Part shown: positions 46,711 to 57,095 of the stretch, piece by piece
Layout: every line of letters begins with the position of its first letter
How positions within the stretch are numbered: the stretch's first letter is position 1
Origin: a virus
Taxonomy: Duplodnaviria; Caudoviricetes
DNA: 64,000 bases
Strand: one strand, 5' to 3'
Virus record (IMG/VR): IMGVR_UViG_3300020045_002727
Span: 1-64,000 of that record
Notes under the pieces: model-generated
Told to the model about the DNA's origin: nothing
The model's input: only the letters and a program-made list of their open reading frames with translations
Database searches by the model: none
Made by a program: the position numbers and the translations under genes

Positions 46711-48048
46711 TTAGTTTCCTTCAAATAACATGAAGTTGTTTGCACCTGCTAAACAAAGACCTCTTTCTGAAAGTCTGTTAACTTTCATTTTATCATTGTC
46801 ATCAGTATGAACTCCACCAACAGAACCTGTTACCCAAGTTTTGTATTTACGGTTTTCATTAGCTGTAGCTCTATACTTAACGTGTAAGTAAGGAGTTGCT
46901 ACTTTATCACCGTCCATACCTTCACCTTCGTAAACTTCTTTAGTTCCTACTGGTACTAATAGACCTCTTGTTTTAACTGCACCATCAACTGCACCTAACA
47001 ATGTTGGGTCGTTTAATAGTTTCCAGTCAGTTTTGAAGAATGAATAACTTCCTCTAACGAATCCACGGAAACCTAAGTTTACAGCCATGTCTTTATCGTT
47101 ATCGAACATACCGTAAGAAACTCCACCACCGTAACCAGCGTTTAATTCTCCTAGTAAGTTATCAATTCCTAATGATTGGTCACGGTCACAGTAGAACATG
47201 TAAGAATCTAATTTACCTTGTGCATCAAATCTTTTTAAGATTGTATCCCACTCTGGTAATGTGTCAGCAATACCTTGGAAAGTATTACCTCTGATTCCGA
47301 TTGATTCAAATGCACCTTCTGTACCTTTAAGAGATATTGTAGCAGCGGCTGCGCCTAACTCTGCTGATTGACCTAACATTGCTGCTAATTCAAATGTATC
47401 CTCAAATCTACGTCTTGAATCTGTTTCTGATTCCATGAACCATAAATAACCACCGTTAGATGTTTTTACCCATCCGATTTGAGATGCTTCTGAACCAGAA
47501 ACTTCATAGTTATCTTTCATGATAACTGGGTTATTTTTCAAGATTGTGAAGTCTGTTTCAAGACTACCTTGCATACCTGCTGTACCTTTACGGAACTCTG
47601 AACCGAAAGCAAAAACTGTTAAGTTTGTTGTTCCTAATGCAGTGAATCCAGCTGTTTTGTAAGCAGCTAATGTAAATGTATCAGTGTCGATTGCTGTAAC
47701 AACCCCAATTCTTTTTGCTGAACTATCAGAAACGTGTACTAATTCATTCAATCTAAAGTTGTGACCAGCTTTAGTGAATACGTTACCTGACCTTGCTACG
47801 TCTTTGTACACTGTGTGTAAACGACCTTTCTCTGTCCAAATCCATTGGTCAGATGCTACTGGTTTCTCCGCATCCATGATACGAAGCATACCGTTCACAG
47901 ATTGTGAACCATAAATATTAACCAACTCATCATATGTATCTGGAGCATATTGACTTGTATAGTCAAAAAGCGAGATGTAATTTGTTGGAAGCTGCGCCTT
48001 AACCGCTGATGGTTGTAAAGCTGGAGCTGGTGTTGCGTTTAATGCCAT
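46711..48048 (-). CDS. major capsid protein
   Basis: 445 aa after portal and scaffold; strongly biased codon use; EKGRLH...NNPVIMKDNYEVSGS pattern. Confidence 0.85.
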   Translation of the reverse strand: MALNATPAPALQPSAVKAQLPTNYISLFDYTSQYAPDTYDELVNIYGSQSVNGMLRIMDAEKPVASDQWIWTEKGRLHTVYKDVARSGNVFTKAGHNFRLNELVHVSDSSAKRIGVVTAIDTDTFTLAAYKTAGFTALGTTNLTVFAFGSEFRKGTAGMQGSLETDFTILKNNPVIMKDNYEVSGSEASQIGWVKTSNGGYLWFMESETDSRRRFEDTFELAAMLGQSAELGAAAATISLKGTEGAFESIGIRGNTFQGIADTLPEWDTILKRFDAQGKLDSYMFYCDRDQSLGIDNLLGELNAGYGGGVSYGMFDNDKDMAVNLGFRGFVRGSYSFFKTDWKLLNDPTLLGAVDGAVKTRGLLVPVGTKEVYEGEGMDGDKVATPYLHVKYRATANENRKYKTWVTGSVGGVHTDDNDKMKVNRLSERGLCLAGANNFMLFEGN

Positions 48049-48077
48049 TGTATAATTGTTTTAAAAATTCTTGTTTA

Positions 48078-49199
48078 TTATTTTTGTTTTGACCTTCCAA
48101 ATTTAGCTCTTGTACCAGTACCGATAATCTTATCTAGTCCTTCGATAACAATTCCTTTGTTATCCCCGTCTGGTTGTGCTGAATTATTGCTTGTTCTGTC
48201 TATTGTGATGTTGTTAGCATCCTTGATTAATTCGTCTGCGCCTGATGCTTTACCTTGTTGATAAGCGGCTTTAACAATCTTATCAAAGTTTTTTATCTTC
48301 AATGCATCTGCTACGACTGCATCGTGATTAAATGAACCGTCTGCGTTTCTCCAGTGTGGCATTTCTTGTAAGAATGATGGTAAATCTTTCTTGTCTTCTG
48401 GTGTCATGTTGTACTTAATATCTAAACCTTCGTCTAAATTTATCTCCAACCCAGCCATGCTTTCTACTGATTCAGCAATTCCTTTGTCATAATCTTGTTG
48501 TTCTTTAACAACTTTTTCATAACTCTCTCTTGCTGATTTTGCAAACTCTACTTCGGTTTTAATCTCTGCTGGAATTTCGTTGTAACCTTCAATAGGTTTA
48601 CCTAATTCTAATTTTAAATCTTCTAAAACTTTACCTTCATTGGTGATGAGTTTCTTTAAGTTTAATGTTTTGACTTCAATATCTTCTTCTAAATCAGAAT
48701 CTGATTCAAGATATTGACTTAACTCTAACTCTATTTCTTTCGCATTGAAAGTAGGGTATTTTAAAGTAAGAATCTCTCTTGCTTTATCAATATCCGACAT
48801 AGTTGAGTAGTCTTTATTATACTTAACCCATTCTTCTACTGGTCTCCCAGTTCTTTTAGACCATTCATCAATCGCTTGTACTTGTGGATTCAGCTGTTTC
48901 TCCTCAGTTTTAGTTAATTCGTCTAAACTACCGATTGTACGTCCTAGCCTCTCGCTTAGAACCTCTAATAGTTTTGAATCTTCTATTGTTGTTTGCTCTT
49001 GTGAATTTGTATTGTTTGCGGCTGCTGCCTCTGCTGCGACTCTGTCGGCTTCTGCTTGAGCTGTTGCTGCTTCTGTATTTTGTAATTCTGCTTCGGCTGC
49101 TAACCTAGCGGCTTCTGCTTCTGCGGCTGCATTTTCTGCATCTTGATTAGTATTTTCACTTAAATCTAAAAATACTTGTTCTTCATTTTCTAATGCCAT
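48078..49199 (-). CDS. capsid scaffolding protein
   Basis: Acidic, Ala/Glu-rich helical protein between portal and capsid. Confidence 0.72.
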   Translation of the reverse strand: MALENEEQVFLDLSENTNQDAENAAAEAEAARLAAEAELQNTEAATAQAEADRVAAEAAAANNTNSQEQTTIEDSKLLEVLSERLGRTIGSLDELTKTEEKQLNPQVQAIDEWSKRTGRPVEEWVKYNKDYSTMSDIDKAREILTLKYPTFNAKEIELELSQYLESDSDLEEDIEVKTLNLKKLITNEGKVLEDLKLELGKPIEGYNEIPAEIKTEVEFAKSARESYEKVVKEQQDYDKGIAESVESMAGLEINLDEGLDIKYNMTPEDKKDLPSFLQEMPHWRNADGSFNHDAVVADALKIKNFDKIVKAAYQQGKASGADELIKDANNITIDRTSNNSAQPDGDNKGIVIEGLDKIIGTGTRAKFGRSKQK

Positions 49200-49256
49200 T
49201 TGATATTTTATTTAATTTTATACTGCAAATATAATGAAAAAAATAGAACCCCTTTT

Positions 49257-51677
49257 TTAGTCGGGGTTCATCTCACTTAATTCCATTGAACCACTTAAAT
49301 TATCTTCACTGCTTTCAAAATTGATAGCTGGTTGATTGAATTTCTTTTGCTCTGTTTTCTTTGAATCGTTGGTATCTCTGAGGTTTTGAAGGTCAAATTT
49401 GTTTTTTTCTTTCATAGAAGTTTCTTCACTTTTTATCTTCATTTCAACTCCCCTAAGTTCCATGTTAAATTGAAACTCTTTATCCATCAGGCTTCCTTTC
49501 AATTCTGCTTCTAATTTTAAAGCTCTTTCTTTCAATTCTCCTTCTTTCTCCTTTAAAGCTATTTTACCTTCTATTTCAGATTGTAACTCTTGCATCTTAG
49601 CTTCCGCTGCTGCTTGAGTAGATTTTATTTGAGCTTCTGAATTAGCTTGTATTAAATCTCTAGCTTCTTTGGCTTTTTCTTTCGCTCTTTGTTTAGAACG
49701 TATTTCTATAACTTTATTAGCTAGTTTTATGTTTTTGATAGAACGAATATCGATAGCATCTGTAAGAGTTATTAGTTCTTTGTTTAGAGCCATTTGAATG
49801 TTTTGTTCTAAGTAACCTCTCTCTTGTGCATCTGGTTTTATTTCAACGTTAATACCTAAATCATAAAGTGTGTATTCACTCATTGAGTTTAAGGCTTCAA
49901 CACCTAATTTACCAATTGCATTTATGTAAACTTCTTTTAAATTACTGTATTTAAAGATGTCTTTTAATCTTATTGATAATCCAGAGGCTAAAGTTTTAGT
50001 TATGCTTAAAGCACCGTCTAAAATATGTCTAGTTGCTGTGTTTGAATTTAATGCAAGTTGCTCTTGAACACCTACTGCCATATCTGGTCTAGGGCTACTA
50101 GCATCTGCTCCAGCTGGAATACCTATTGCATCCCTTAATAAATTAAGGTAGTGATTGTAAGCATTCATCAATCTATCTAAACCATCAACGATACCATTTT
50201 TCAACTCTTTGATTGGTTCTTTACCGTAGTTGTATTCACCTTCTGAGTTTATAGATGTACCTAAAACGTTACCTGTTTCATCATAAATCTTAACTAACTC
50301 TAATGGAGTTAAGAAATTACCATCACCTAAATCTACTTCATTCAAACCATCGACATCTATGTAAATACCGTTTGGTCTTGCTTTAGCAATTAATTGTTGT
50401 AGTTTGATGTGTATTTGTTGCATCTGGTCTACATATGGTATAATCCTAGCTACTAAACTTTGTGTTCTGTTTTGATATAATTCTGGAGCAAATACAATAT
50501 AATTAGGCATTGTATTATCTAGCAATCCAGATGGTCTAATCATGTTTTCACATTTCTTGTAATTGTAGATTAAATCTGTACCTAAAACTAAAGAACCTTC
50601 ATACCAAACGTCAATTACTTTTTTGACCGTTTCAAAACCGTCCTCACCATCTTTCCTTGCGTTAAATGATGAATCTTTCTTAGTCATATTGTAACCACCA
50701 TTTTTAGTGATTTTCTTTTTATATGTAATAGTGTTGGTTGACTTGAATGTAAAATGTAAAACGTCTACCATCATACCGCTTAAGTCTCCAGAGTTGTTAA
50801 CATCTGAACCGTTGGTATTACCATGGTAGTTATGCCATTGTTTATTACTTGTACCTAACTTTGTGATTTGTTCATCTGTAAACTTATCATTTGAAACTCT
50901 TTTTAATTCATTTACTGTAATCCTTTCAACTTCACCGAAGTAATGTACATCTTTAAAGTTTCTGAATTTAGGGTATGAATAAACTAAATCTGCTGGGTCT
51001 ACTAATTTAACTTGGATACCTTTAGTTGGGTCGGTTGTGTGCTTAATAGCACCGATACCGATAACTGTAATATCTTCAATTACTTTGTTTTGAATTTCCT
51101 CATAATCATTGCAATCTAACGTGAATTTGATAGCCTCTTCTGCTGCAATCTCTATAGATGGTTTATACTTCATATCCATCCATAAATCTACTTCTTCGTT
51201 TGATTGTGGTAACTCATCCATATTTGGAGGTGCTATATTAACCCCGAAAGATTTTTCAGCTAACTCGAATATTGGTTTAGAAGCAACTATTGATTGTAAG
51301 TATTCTTTTTGTTTGTTTCTTAAATCAGTTGAGTATTTGTCTGTAGCCTCTATTTTTATTTCATAAAGACGTTCAGCCATTTGGTTTGTTATTAGCTTAA
51401 CAAATTTAGGGACTACTTGTAAAGGTCTCCAGTCATAGTTTGTATAAGAAGTTGCCCCTTTTGAGAGCATTTTCTTATACAAATCAGATGATTGTTCACC
51501 TCTACCATACAGTCTTAAAGTATGATATTTTTGTCTTTTATCATAATAACTGCATGAGTTTCCGTTGACTCTGTTAAACCATTCGTATTCTATTGCCTTA
51601 CCCATTTTAAGTCCGTACTCTTCTGTACCTTTCTCTTCATCTGGGGCTAAGTAATTTGGGAATGATTGATATTTCAT
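49257..51677 (-). CDS. portal protein
   Basis: 806 aa after terminase; DWRPLQVVPKFV, YYNHYL..LRDAIG...DAS; coiled-coil C-terminus. Confidence 0.85.
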   Translation of the reverse strand: MKYQSFPNYLAPDEEKGTEEYGLKMGKAIEYEWFNRVNGNSCSYYDKRQKYHTLRLYGRGEQSSDLYKKMLSKGATSYTNYDWRPLQVVPKFVKLITNQMAERLYEIKIEATDKYSTDLRNKQKEYLQSIVASKPIFELAEKSFGVNIAPPNMDELPQSNEEVDLWMDMKYKPSIEIAAEEAIKFTLDCNDYEEIQNKVIEDITVIGIGAIKHTTDPTKGIQVKLVDPADLVYSYPKFRNFKDVHYFGEVERITVNELKRVSNDKFTDEQITKLGTSNKQWHNYHGNTNGSDVNNSGDLSGMMVDVLHFTFKSTNTITYKKKITKNGGYNMTKKDSSFNARKDGEDGFETVKKVIDVWYEGSLVLGTDLIYNYKKCENMIRPSGLLDNTMPNYIVFAPELYQNRTQSLVARIIPYVDQMQQIHIKLQQLIAKARPNGIYIDVDGLNEVDLGDGNFLTPLELVKIYDETGNVLGTSINSEGEYNYGKEPIKELKNGIVDGLDRLMNAYNHYLNLLRDAIGIPAGADASSPRPDMAVGVQEQLALNSNTATRHILDGALSITKTLASGLSIRLKDIFKYSNLKEVYINAIGKLGVEALNSMSEYTLYDLGINVEIKPDAQERGYLEQNIQMALNKELITLTDAIDIRSIKNIKLANKVIEIRSKQRAKEKAKEARDLIQANSEAQIKSTQAAAEAKMQELQSEIEGKIALKEKEGELKERALKLEAELKGSLMDKEFQFNMELRGVEMKIKSEETSMKEKNKFDLQNLRDTNDSKKTEQKKFNQPAINFESSEDNLSGSMELSEMNPD

Positions 51678-51683
51678 ATTGTA

Positions 51684-54326
51684 TTAGTTTACTAGCGAAC
51701 TTATGTCTCCGCTGTTATCATATTGCTGGAACAAATTTATTACTTTTTTTGATTCGGTCTTTTTGGGTTTTGAACGATACTTCTCTTTTCCACAAGCCAT
51801 TATACATAAACCGCTTGATATTGTTGCATCATAGTCTGTCCTGTTGTCAGGATTAAACCCTAACCAATCTAACAAAGTTTCTTCAAATGGGAAATCTCCA
51901 ATCTCACCAAGTGGTCTAATTTGTTCTTTTGTGGATTCACCGACATAGTCTTCTATCCAAGAACCTATCGAGTTCATGTGTGAGTCAATCATATCCTTAC
52001 CAGACATCATTTGACCACCGTACTCTTTCTCATTCTCATTCAATGCTTTTGGACTTCTATCTACACGATTTAATGAGAATCCTCTGTATCCTCTATTTCT
52101 AAAGTGACGAAGTAAGTCAATCCTGTTACTCTCTACAAGTATTGGCATTCCGTAGAATCTACAAGCCATAATCGCATCCTCGAAGAATATTGTTTCATCA
52201 GCTGGACGAGCTATGTACTCTAAAAAGAATTTATTTGCTGGTGCGCCTCCTTCTGGAGTGTGTAATGTTTTACCGTGAATAGCTCCTTTAGAACCCTTAC
52301 CATGTGTTGATTTTAATGTAAACGGGTCACATCCTAATGCTCCAACACCTTTGTTTAAAGGGTAATATTTACCATTCATTTCTTTAACACCATTCAACAT
52401 ACCTATTGTACCGTCCGCAGCATTTGGAATCCAAGCTAACTTAAACCTACCTTTTGGATTTGGACACCATTCTACATCACCATCTTGTATCCCATCTTTC
52501 CATCTGAAATTACCTACTGTGTATAGATTAGCTTTACCTAAGTTATTATTATGGTCTAATTGCGCATGTATTTTTGTAATGTTGAAAACTGTTTCAGAAG
52601 CCTCATCACGCATAGCATGTTCGACTGTTCTTGGCATTGTTCTATATTGCTCATTTAAAGCCTTATCACTAACCATCTTTTGAGATTCCTCAACAGCGAT
52701 TAAGTATTCTATAGAACCCATTTCAATCAATGCTCCATCAACATTATATGTACCTGCTGGTGGAGTTTCTGTCCAACATTTACCATATTTATCTGTAAAC
52801 TCCTCCATGTTGTCTTGTGCAGCAAGGAAGTGGAAATATAGTGCTGTAGGTGTTTTACCTGTTTTAGGATTTCTATCTTTAACCTGAGAACCTTTAATTA
52901 AGTCAATGAATTGTTGACCACCTTTATTTCTAGCTCCCATGGTAGAACCTAGGAAAGCTGTACCTACTACTTTACCGTTAGGCATCATTGTAGGTCTAAT
53001 TTGACCAAGGTGAGTAATATAATCCATTGGACGTTCCCATTTTGCAGATTCATCACCTAAGTAACCATTCAACTTAATCGAGTCATAGGAGCTATTTTTA
53101 GTAGGTCTATGGTCGATAACTGTGTTTAAATAGTCATCTGTATTAGTGTCTCTCTTTTTCTTGGCATCCTTAGACATGTTTGAAGGTTTAGCAAACTCTA
53201 TAATTTCTTGTGAGTCCTCTTTACCTTTTACAACTGGTCTAAATATGAATGGTAAGTTTAGGAACATATAGGAGAATTTACCAAATGCTTCTTCAACGTC
53301 ATCCCCTGTTTTAGAAGTCATACCGTATTTACCATTTTTTGTAGAAGTAGCCATATTTAAGAGGATGGCTAGAATTATGTATGTAAATCCTGTACGTCTT
53401 GATTTTAAGAATATTTGTCCTAAACATCTTCTATCGACTATACATGCTTCAAGGTGATAAAACATTTCTAATTGAGCGTAACGGAAAGCCATAAAACCAC
53501 CGTCATCCTGCATTTTACACCATTGTAAAGCCCAATACATATTACCTGTAAGATAAACTGGTTCACCATTATTCATGAACCAAATTCCTTCTCTACGTCT
53601 TCTAAATTCCTCCATAATGTAGTCATGATACATGTCAACATTATCTGGACTTAATCCTTTATGCTCTGGCAGCCTTCTCCAATACTGTTCTTCTTTTGGT
53701 AAATCATGAAATAATATCTGTGTTTTATCCTCTGGAACTTTTGGTAGCCATATGTTTAATTCTGATATTGTAATCATTTTACCTTTTGTTGAGAAAGGAC
53801 AAATTATTACTGCATCATTTTCTTTATCTAACGTTTCTTTGTGATAGTCTTTTTTAGGGTAAATCTCACCCTTAGCAAACTTCTCAGGATAACCAATTTT
53901 AAATTCTTTCTCACCGAAGTTAACTTCCCCAGATTCAAGTTGAACTCTAAATTCGTTTATGCTACTATCTAAAGAGAAGATAGCTTCTAATATTAATGGT
54001 TTGGCTTTAACAGCCGCTGCGTATTTTTCTTCTTTTAATGAATCGTAATCAATATCTTTTGCTAAAGCTCTTTCTAAATCATCAATTGCTCTATCTCCTG
54101 CTTCGATAAGTCTCCTTACATAACCTTCTGATTTTTCTTTTGATGGTGCATTTGGAGAATTAGCCCATCTATGTAGTAACTTTTTAGCAGAACTAAAAGA
54201 ATCTACTTTTGAGTCCATTGTAGTTTTCATTTTAGAGTCATCTAAAAAGTCTACAACCATCTCACGTTCTAAACCTTTCAAGATGGTTTCTAACGCTGGT
54301 TCTATATGTCCGCTTAATCCTCTCAT
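51684..54326 (-). CDS. terL: terminase large subunit with ~150-aa N-terminal TerS-like extension
   Basis: LKSRRTGFT Walker A, LGDESAKW Walker B, FLGST motif III, GCDP and D..ISSG nuclease residues. Confidence 0.9.
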   Translation of the reverse strand: MRGLSGHIEPALETILKGLEREMVVDFLDDSKMKTTMDSKVDSFSSAKKLLHRWANSPNAPSKEKSEGYVRRLIEAGDRAIDDLERALAKDIDYDSLKEEKYAAAVKAKPLILEAIFSLDSSINEFRVQLESGEVNFGEKEFKIGYPEKFAKGEIYPKKDYHKETLDKENDAVIICPFSTKGKMITISELNIWLPKVPEDKTQILFHDLPKEEQYWRRLPEHKGLSPDNVDMYHDYIMEEFRRRREGIWFMNNGEPVYLTGNMYWALQWCKMQDDGGFMAFRYAQLEMFYHLEACIVDRRCLGQIFLKSRRTGFTYIILAILLNMATSTKNGKYGMTSKTGDDVEEAFGKFSYMFLNLPFIFRPVVKGKEDSQEIIEFAKPSNMSKDAKKKRDTNTDDYLNTVIDHRPTKNSSYDSIKLNGYLGDESAKWERPMDYITHLGQIRPTMMPNGKVVGTAFLGSTMGARNKGGQQFIDLIKGSQVKDRNPKTGKTPTALYFHFLAAQDNMEEFTDKYGKCWTETPPAGTYNVDGALIEMGSIEYLIAVEESQKMVSDKALNEQYRTMPRTVEHAMRDEASETVFNITKIHAQLDHNNNLGKANLYTVGNFRWKDGIQDGDVEWCPNPKGRFKLAWIPNAADGTIGMLNGVKEMNGKYYPLNKGVGALGCDPFTLKSTHGKGSKGAIHGKTLHTPEGGAPANKFFLEYIARPADETIFFEDAIMACRFYGMPILVESNRIDLLRHFRNRGYRGFSLNRVDRSPKALNENEKEYGGQMMSGKDMIDSHMNSIGSWIEDYVGESTKEQIRPLGEIGDFPFEETLLDWLGFNPDNRTDYDATISSGLCIMACGKEKYRSKPKKTESKKVINLFQQYDNSGDISSLVN

Positions 54327-54895
54327 TCTATTTGTGCTAATATGTCATTTATACTCATCTTATATAATAACTCACCATCAATTATAAACTCATATTCTGA
54401 GTAGTCGCTGTAAGCTATTTTAAGACCTTTTAATTCAATTAATTCTTTACAAGGGTACTTCATTATACCTTGTAACTTTTTGAAGCCTTTATGCGTGTTT
54501 CTAATGTGTTCTGAATCTGATATTAAAAATCCTGATTGTTCTTCTTTAACTTCTTCAATTGGTTTAACAAAACAAAAAGGTGATAGTGAAATCCAATCCG
54601 CACCTTCTCTCTTGTACATGAAACACTCAGTTAAGGGTACGAAATATAAATCATTTTCAATATGATAGATACTCTTATTTACATTACCTTTTGAACTACC
54701 TTTCATTCTAAAGATATTGTGGTGGCATATTACTTCATCCCCCTCCTTTAAAACAGTGTAATCAGGGGCTGATACTACGGTAGCTTTTCTAGCAATGAAA
54801 GAGGCATTATCAACATCTAAATTAGATATTAAATTACCTCTATCATTTTCATACTCTTTATCTACCTTTACTATTATAAAGTTGATTGTCCTCAT
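54323..54895 (-). CDS. tandem two-domain GroES-like co-chaperonin
   Basis: Two ~90-aa halves: ATVVSAP..TVLKEGDEVI and FVKPIEE..EEQSGFLI...Y.FIIDGELLY.M...DILAQI. Confidence 0.65.
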   Translation of the reverse strand: MRTINFIIVKVDKEYENDRGNLISNLDVDNASFIARKATVVSAPDYTVLKEGDEVICHHNIFRMKGSSKGNVNKSIYHIENDLYFVPLTECFMYKREGADWISLSPFCFVKPIEEVKEEQSGFLISDSEHIRNTHKGFKKLQGIMKYPCKELIELKGLKIAYSDYSEYEFIIDGELLYKMSINDILAQIE

Positions 54896-55137
54896 TATTC
54901 AAAATCGATTGCTTTTTCTACCACTACTGGCATGTTTTTAATGTCCTTCCATTCGATGTTTGAACCATCAGGTGTTTTAACAACTATGGTATAACATGTT
55001 GAATCATCCTCTATAAATGTCTCTATAGATTTTATTTCACAAAGTTGACCATTTAATTTTTGTGGTTTACCTACTTGGTAATGTAATGCTCCGTCTGGGT
55101 AGTTTGAACCTACGGAAATTTTTCTAATTGTATTCAT
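54895..55137 (-). CDS. small conserved protein upstream of the GroES-like gene
   Basis: IRKISVG.NY...A.HYQVG pattern. Confidence 0.65.
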   Translation of the reverse strand: MNTIRKISVGSNYPDGALHYQVGKPQKLNGQLCEIKSIETFIEDDSTCYTIVVKTPDGSNIEWKDIKNMPVVVEKAIDFE

Positions 55138-55159
55138 GATTTTTTATAATTTATTACTG

Positions 55160-55225
55160 CAAATTTAATGAATATTGTGATGTGATTGTTTTAAACGAAA
55201 AAACCACTCTTAATGAGTGGTTGTT
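55160..55225 (-). promoter_or_regulatory. terminator plus TAAATTTG promoter for the packaging/head operon
   Basis: ACCACTC/GAGTGGT hairpin; -7 element at 55160-55167. Confidence 0.55.
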
Positions 55226-55227
55226 TT

Positions 55228-55866
55228 TTAATTGTAGAAGTAGACTTCAAAAGGGAAATTAGTTAAAATTTGAGAATCTTCATCTGAAAAAGATAAAATT
55301 ATGTTTACTTCATTTGCTAATTTCTCAAGTCTATATGTTTGAATTACGTCATCATAACCTGATGAATCTTGTTTGTATTGTGGAACGTACACTTTATTAT
55401 TAGGATGACCTGTAATTTTTATAACTGTTGTGTAAGTACCTAAAAGTGCTGTAGCGTTATATTCTATATTCACACCTTCTGGTAATGAATCAGGGCTAAG
55501 TTGTGTAGCTGCAACTGAACCATCGTTTGCTTTATTTAAGTTTGCTCTGTATAGAGTATAACCTATTACTTGTGGTACTAATTTTAAAAGTACTACATTT
55601 TGTTCATCATTGTACTCAAAAATTAACTTATCTAATTCAGCAACAATTGGAACTCCTTCTGCTATAAGTTCGTAACCATTCTCTATACCTTCTTCTGATT
55701 CATTACCAAACTTTTGTACTATTGCATTATCAATAGTGGCAATGATGCTTCTTATAGGGTATTGTTTAGTTTTACCTGCATTGTTTTTATCACTACCGAT
55801 TAAAGTTTCATCTAAATCTATCAGTGTATCTGGTGGATATAATGTATCATTGTTTATTCTTCCCAT
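55228..55866 (-). CDS. putative structural protein
   Basis: N-terminal YP......D.LIGSD...KTKQY motif seen in tail-associated proteins. Confidence 0.5.
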   Translation of the reverse strand: MGRINNDTLYPPDTLIDLDETLIGSDKNNAGKTKQYPIRSIIATIDNAIVQKFGNESEEGIENGYELIAEGVPIVAELDKLIFEYNDEQNVVLLKLVPQVIGYTLYRANLNKANDGSVAATQLSPDSLPEGVNIEYNATALLGTYTTVIKITGHPNNKVYVPQYKQDSSGYDDVIQTYRLEKLANEVNIILSFSDEDSQILTNFPFEVYFYN

Positions 55867-55867
55867 T

Positions 55868-56536
55868 TTATTTTTCTTTAGTCCAAAATGTTAATATGTC
55901 TTTTTTAAGTGTAATCATAACATTTTGGTTCGTGTTATAATTGACATCTAATGTGTAACCTGATTTATTCTTGAATCCTATCGTAGCTCCTACACTTGGT
56001 TTCATGTTTAATAAATCGGTTGATGCTTGTAGAGAACCTCCAGCAGATATTATAAAACTAGGTTTTGTTCTAATTATTGTAGTGTTTGTAATTATCTTCT
56101 CTTTGTACTCTATCTCTCTTTCTGGTATGAAAAATTCTACTTTTTGATTTGTCATAGAGCCAGTGACTGTATTTTTAACAGTGACTGTAACTTTATCATC
56201 TTTATCATATTTGTAAACATTTTCATACTCTTTTACCTGTATTGCTTTCTTGTATTCCTTGAGCTTATCGTTTTCAGATTTCAACTCATTGTATTTGTTC
56301 AGTAAGTTCCTATCGTAAACAATTACACCGTCTTTCGGTTTTGGATTTTTAGTTTCAAAACTACCTTTTATTTCTGGTACTTTAATTGTCTTTGTGACAT
56401 AAATTGTATCAGTTTTAGTCTTAGTTCCTACACTAGGTTCATTAGAACAGGATTTTGATGAGAAGTATAATATGGATAATCCCACCACTAATACAGATAT
56501 TACTGTTTTTATTTTATTTTTAATATTTTCTGTCAT
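55868..56536 (-). CDS. putative spanin-like membrane-anchored lysis protein
   Basis: TM anchor, TDTIYVTK, follows endolysin. Confidence 0.5.
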   Translation of the reverse strand: MTENIKNKIKTVISVLVVGLSILYFSSKSCSNEPSVGTKTKTDTIYVTKTIKVPEIKGSFETKNPKPKDGVIVYDRNLLNKYNELKSENDKLKEYKKAIQVKEYENVYKYDKDDKVTVTVKNTVTGSMTNQKVEFFIPEREIEYKEKIITNTTIIRTKPSFIISAGGSLQASTDLLNMKPSVGATIGFKNKSGYTLDVNYNTNQNVMITLKKDILTFWTKEK

Positions 56537-56537
56537 T

Positions 56538-57095
56538 TTATTTGTATTTTAAGAATGCAACTTTTAATTTTTTATCGTAGTTATTTTTAGCATATTGTGC
56601 GCCATTATAACCTCTAGCAAATCCAGCCCAATCTTCGTTAATTAATTCATCATCTAATTTACTGTTTGTGATGTAATTGATGAATAATTCTAATTGTTCA
56701 TCTTCACTGTCCATCATTCTATTTACGAACTCTTGAATAGTTTTACATCCACAGGCTTTATAGTTGAATCCCATTATTTGAAATAAACCCCAAGAAGCTG
56801 ACATTAATGCTGCCTCCCTGTTTATTTTAACTGCTTTGTCTAACCTATCTGGTTGAGATTCTACTGAACCATAAGGTTTTGTTTTCCAGACAGGGTAGCA
56901 AATATCTGATACCACTGGTGTTATTCCTTTATTTCTAAGTTGCTTCCAGAAGATGTGTGGTTCAAATAATATTTTAGGGAATCCTGTTTTTAGGAATCCA
57001 CTACCTCTACTCTCCACTTCTGTAACAGCTTTTATTGCTGCAACCTTACACCCAATGCGTAAGGCTGATTCTTTGAATTGTTGTTCTGTTATCAT
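56538..57095 (-). CDS. endolysin, N-acetylmuramidase (DUF3380)
   Basis: AIKAVTEVES.G.GF...ILFEPH.F, SASWGLFQIMGFNY, WAGFARGYNG. Confidence 0.93.
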   Translation of the reverse strand: MITEQQFKESALRIGCKVAAIKAVTEVESRGSGFLKTGFPKILFEPHIFWKQLRNKGITPVVSDICYPVWKTKPYGSVESQPDRLDKAVKINREAALMSASWGLFQIMGFNYKACGCKTIQEFVNRMMDSEDEQLELFINYITNSKLDDELINEDWAGFARGYNGAQYAKNNYDKKLKVAFLKYK

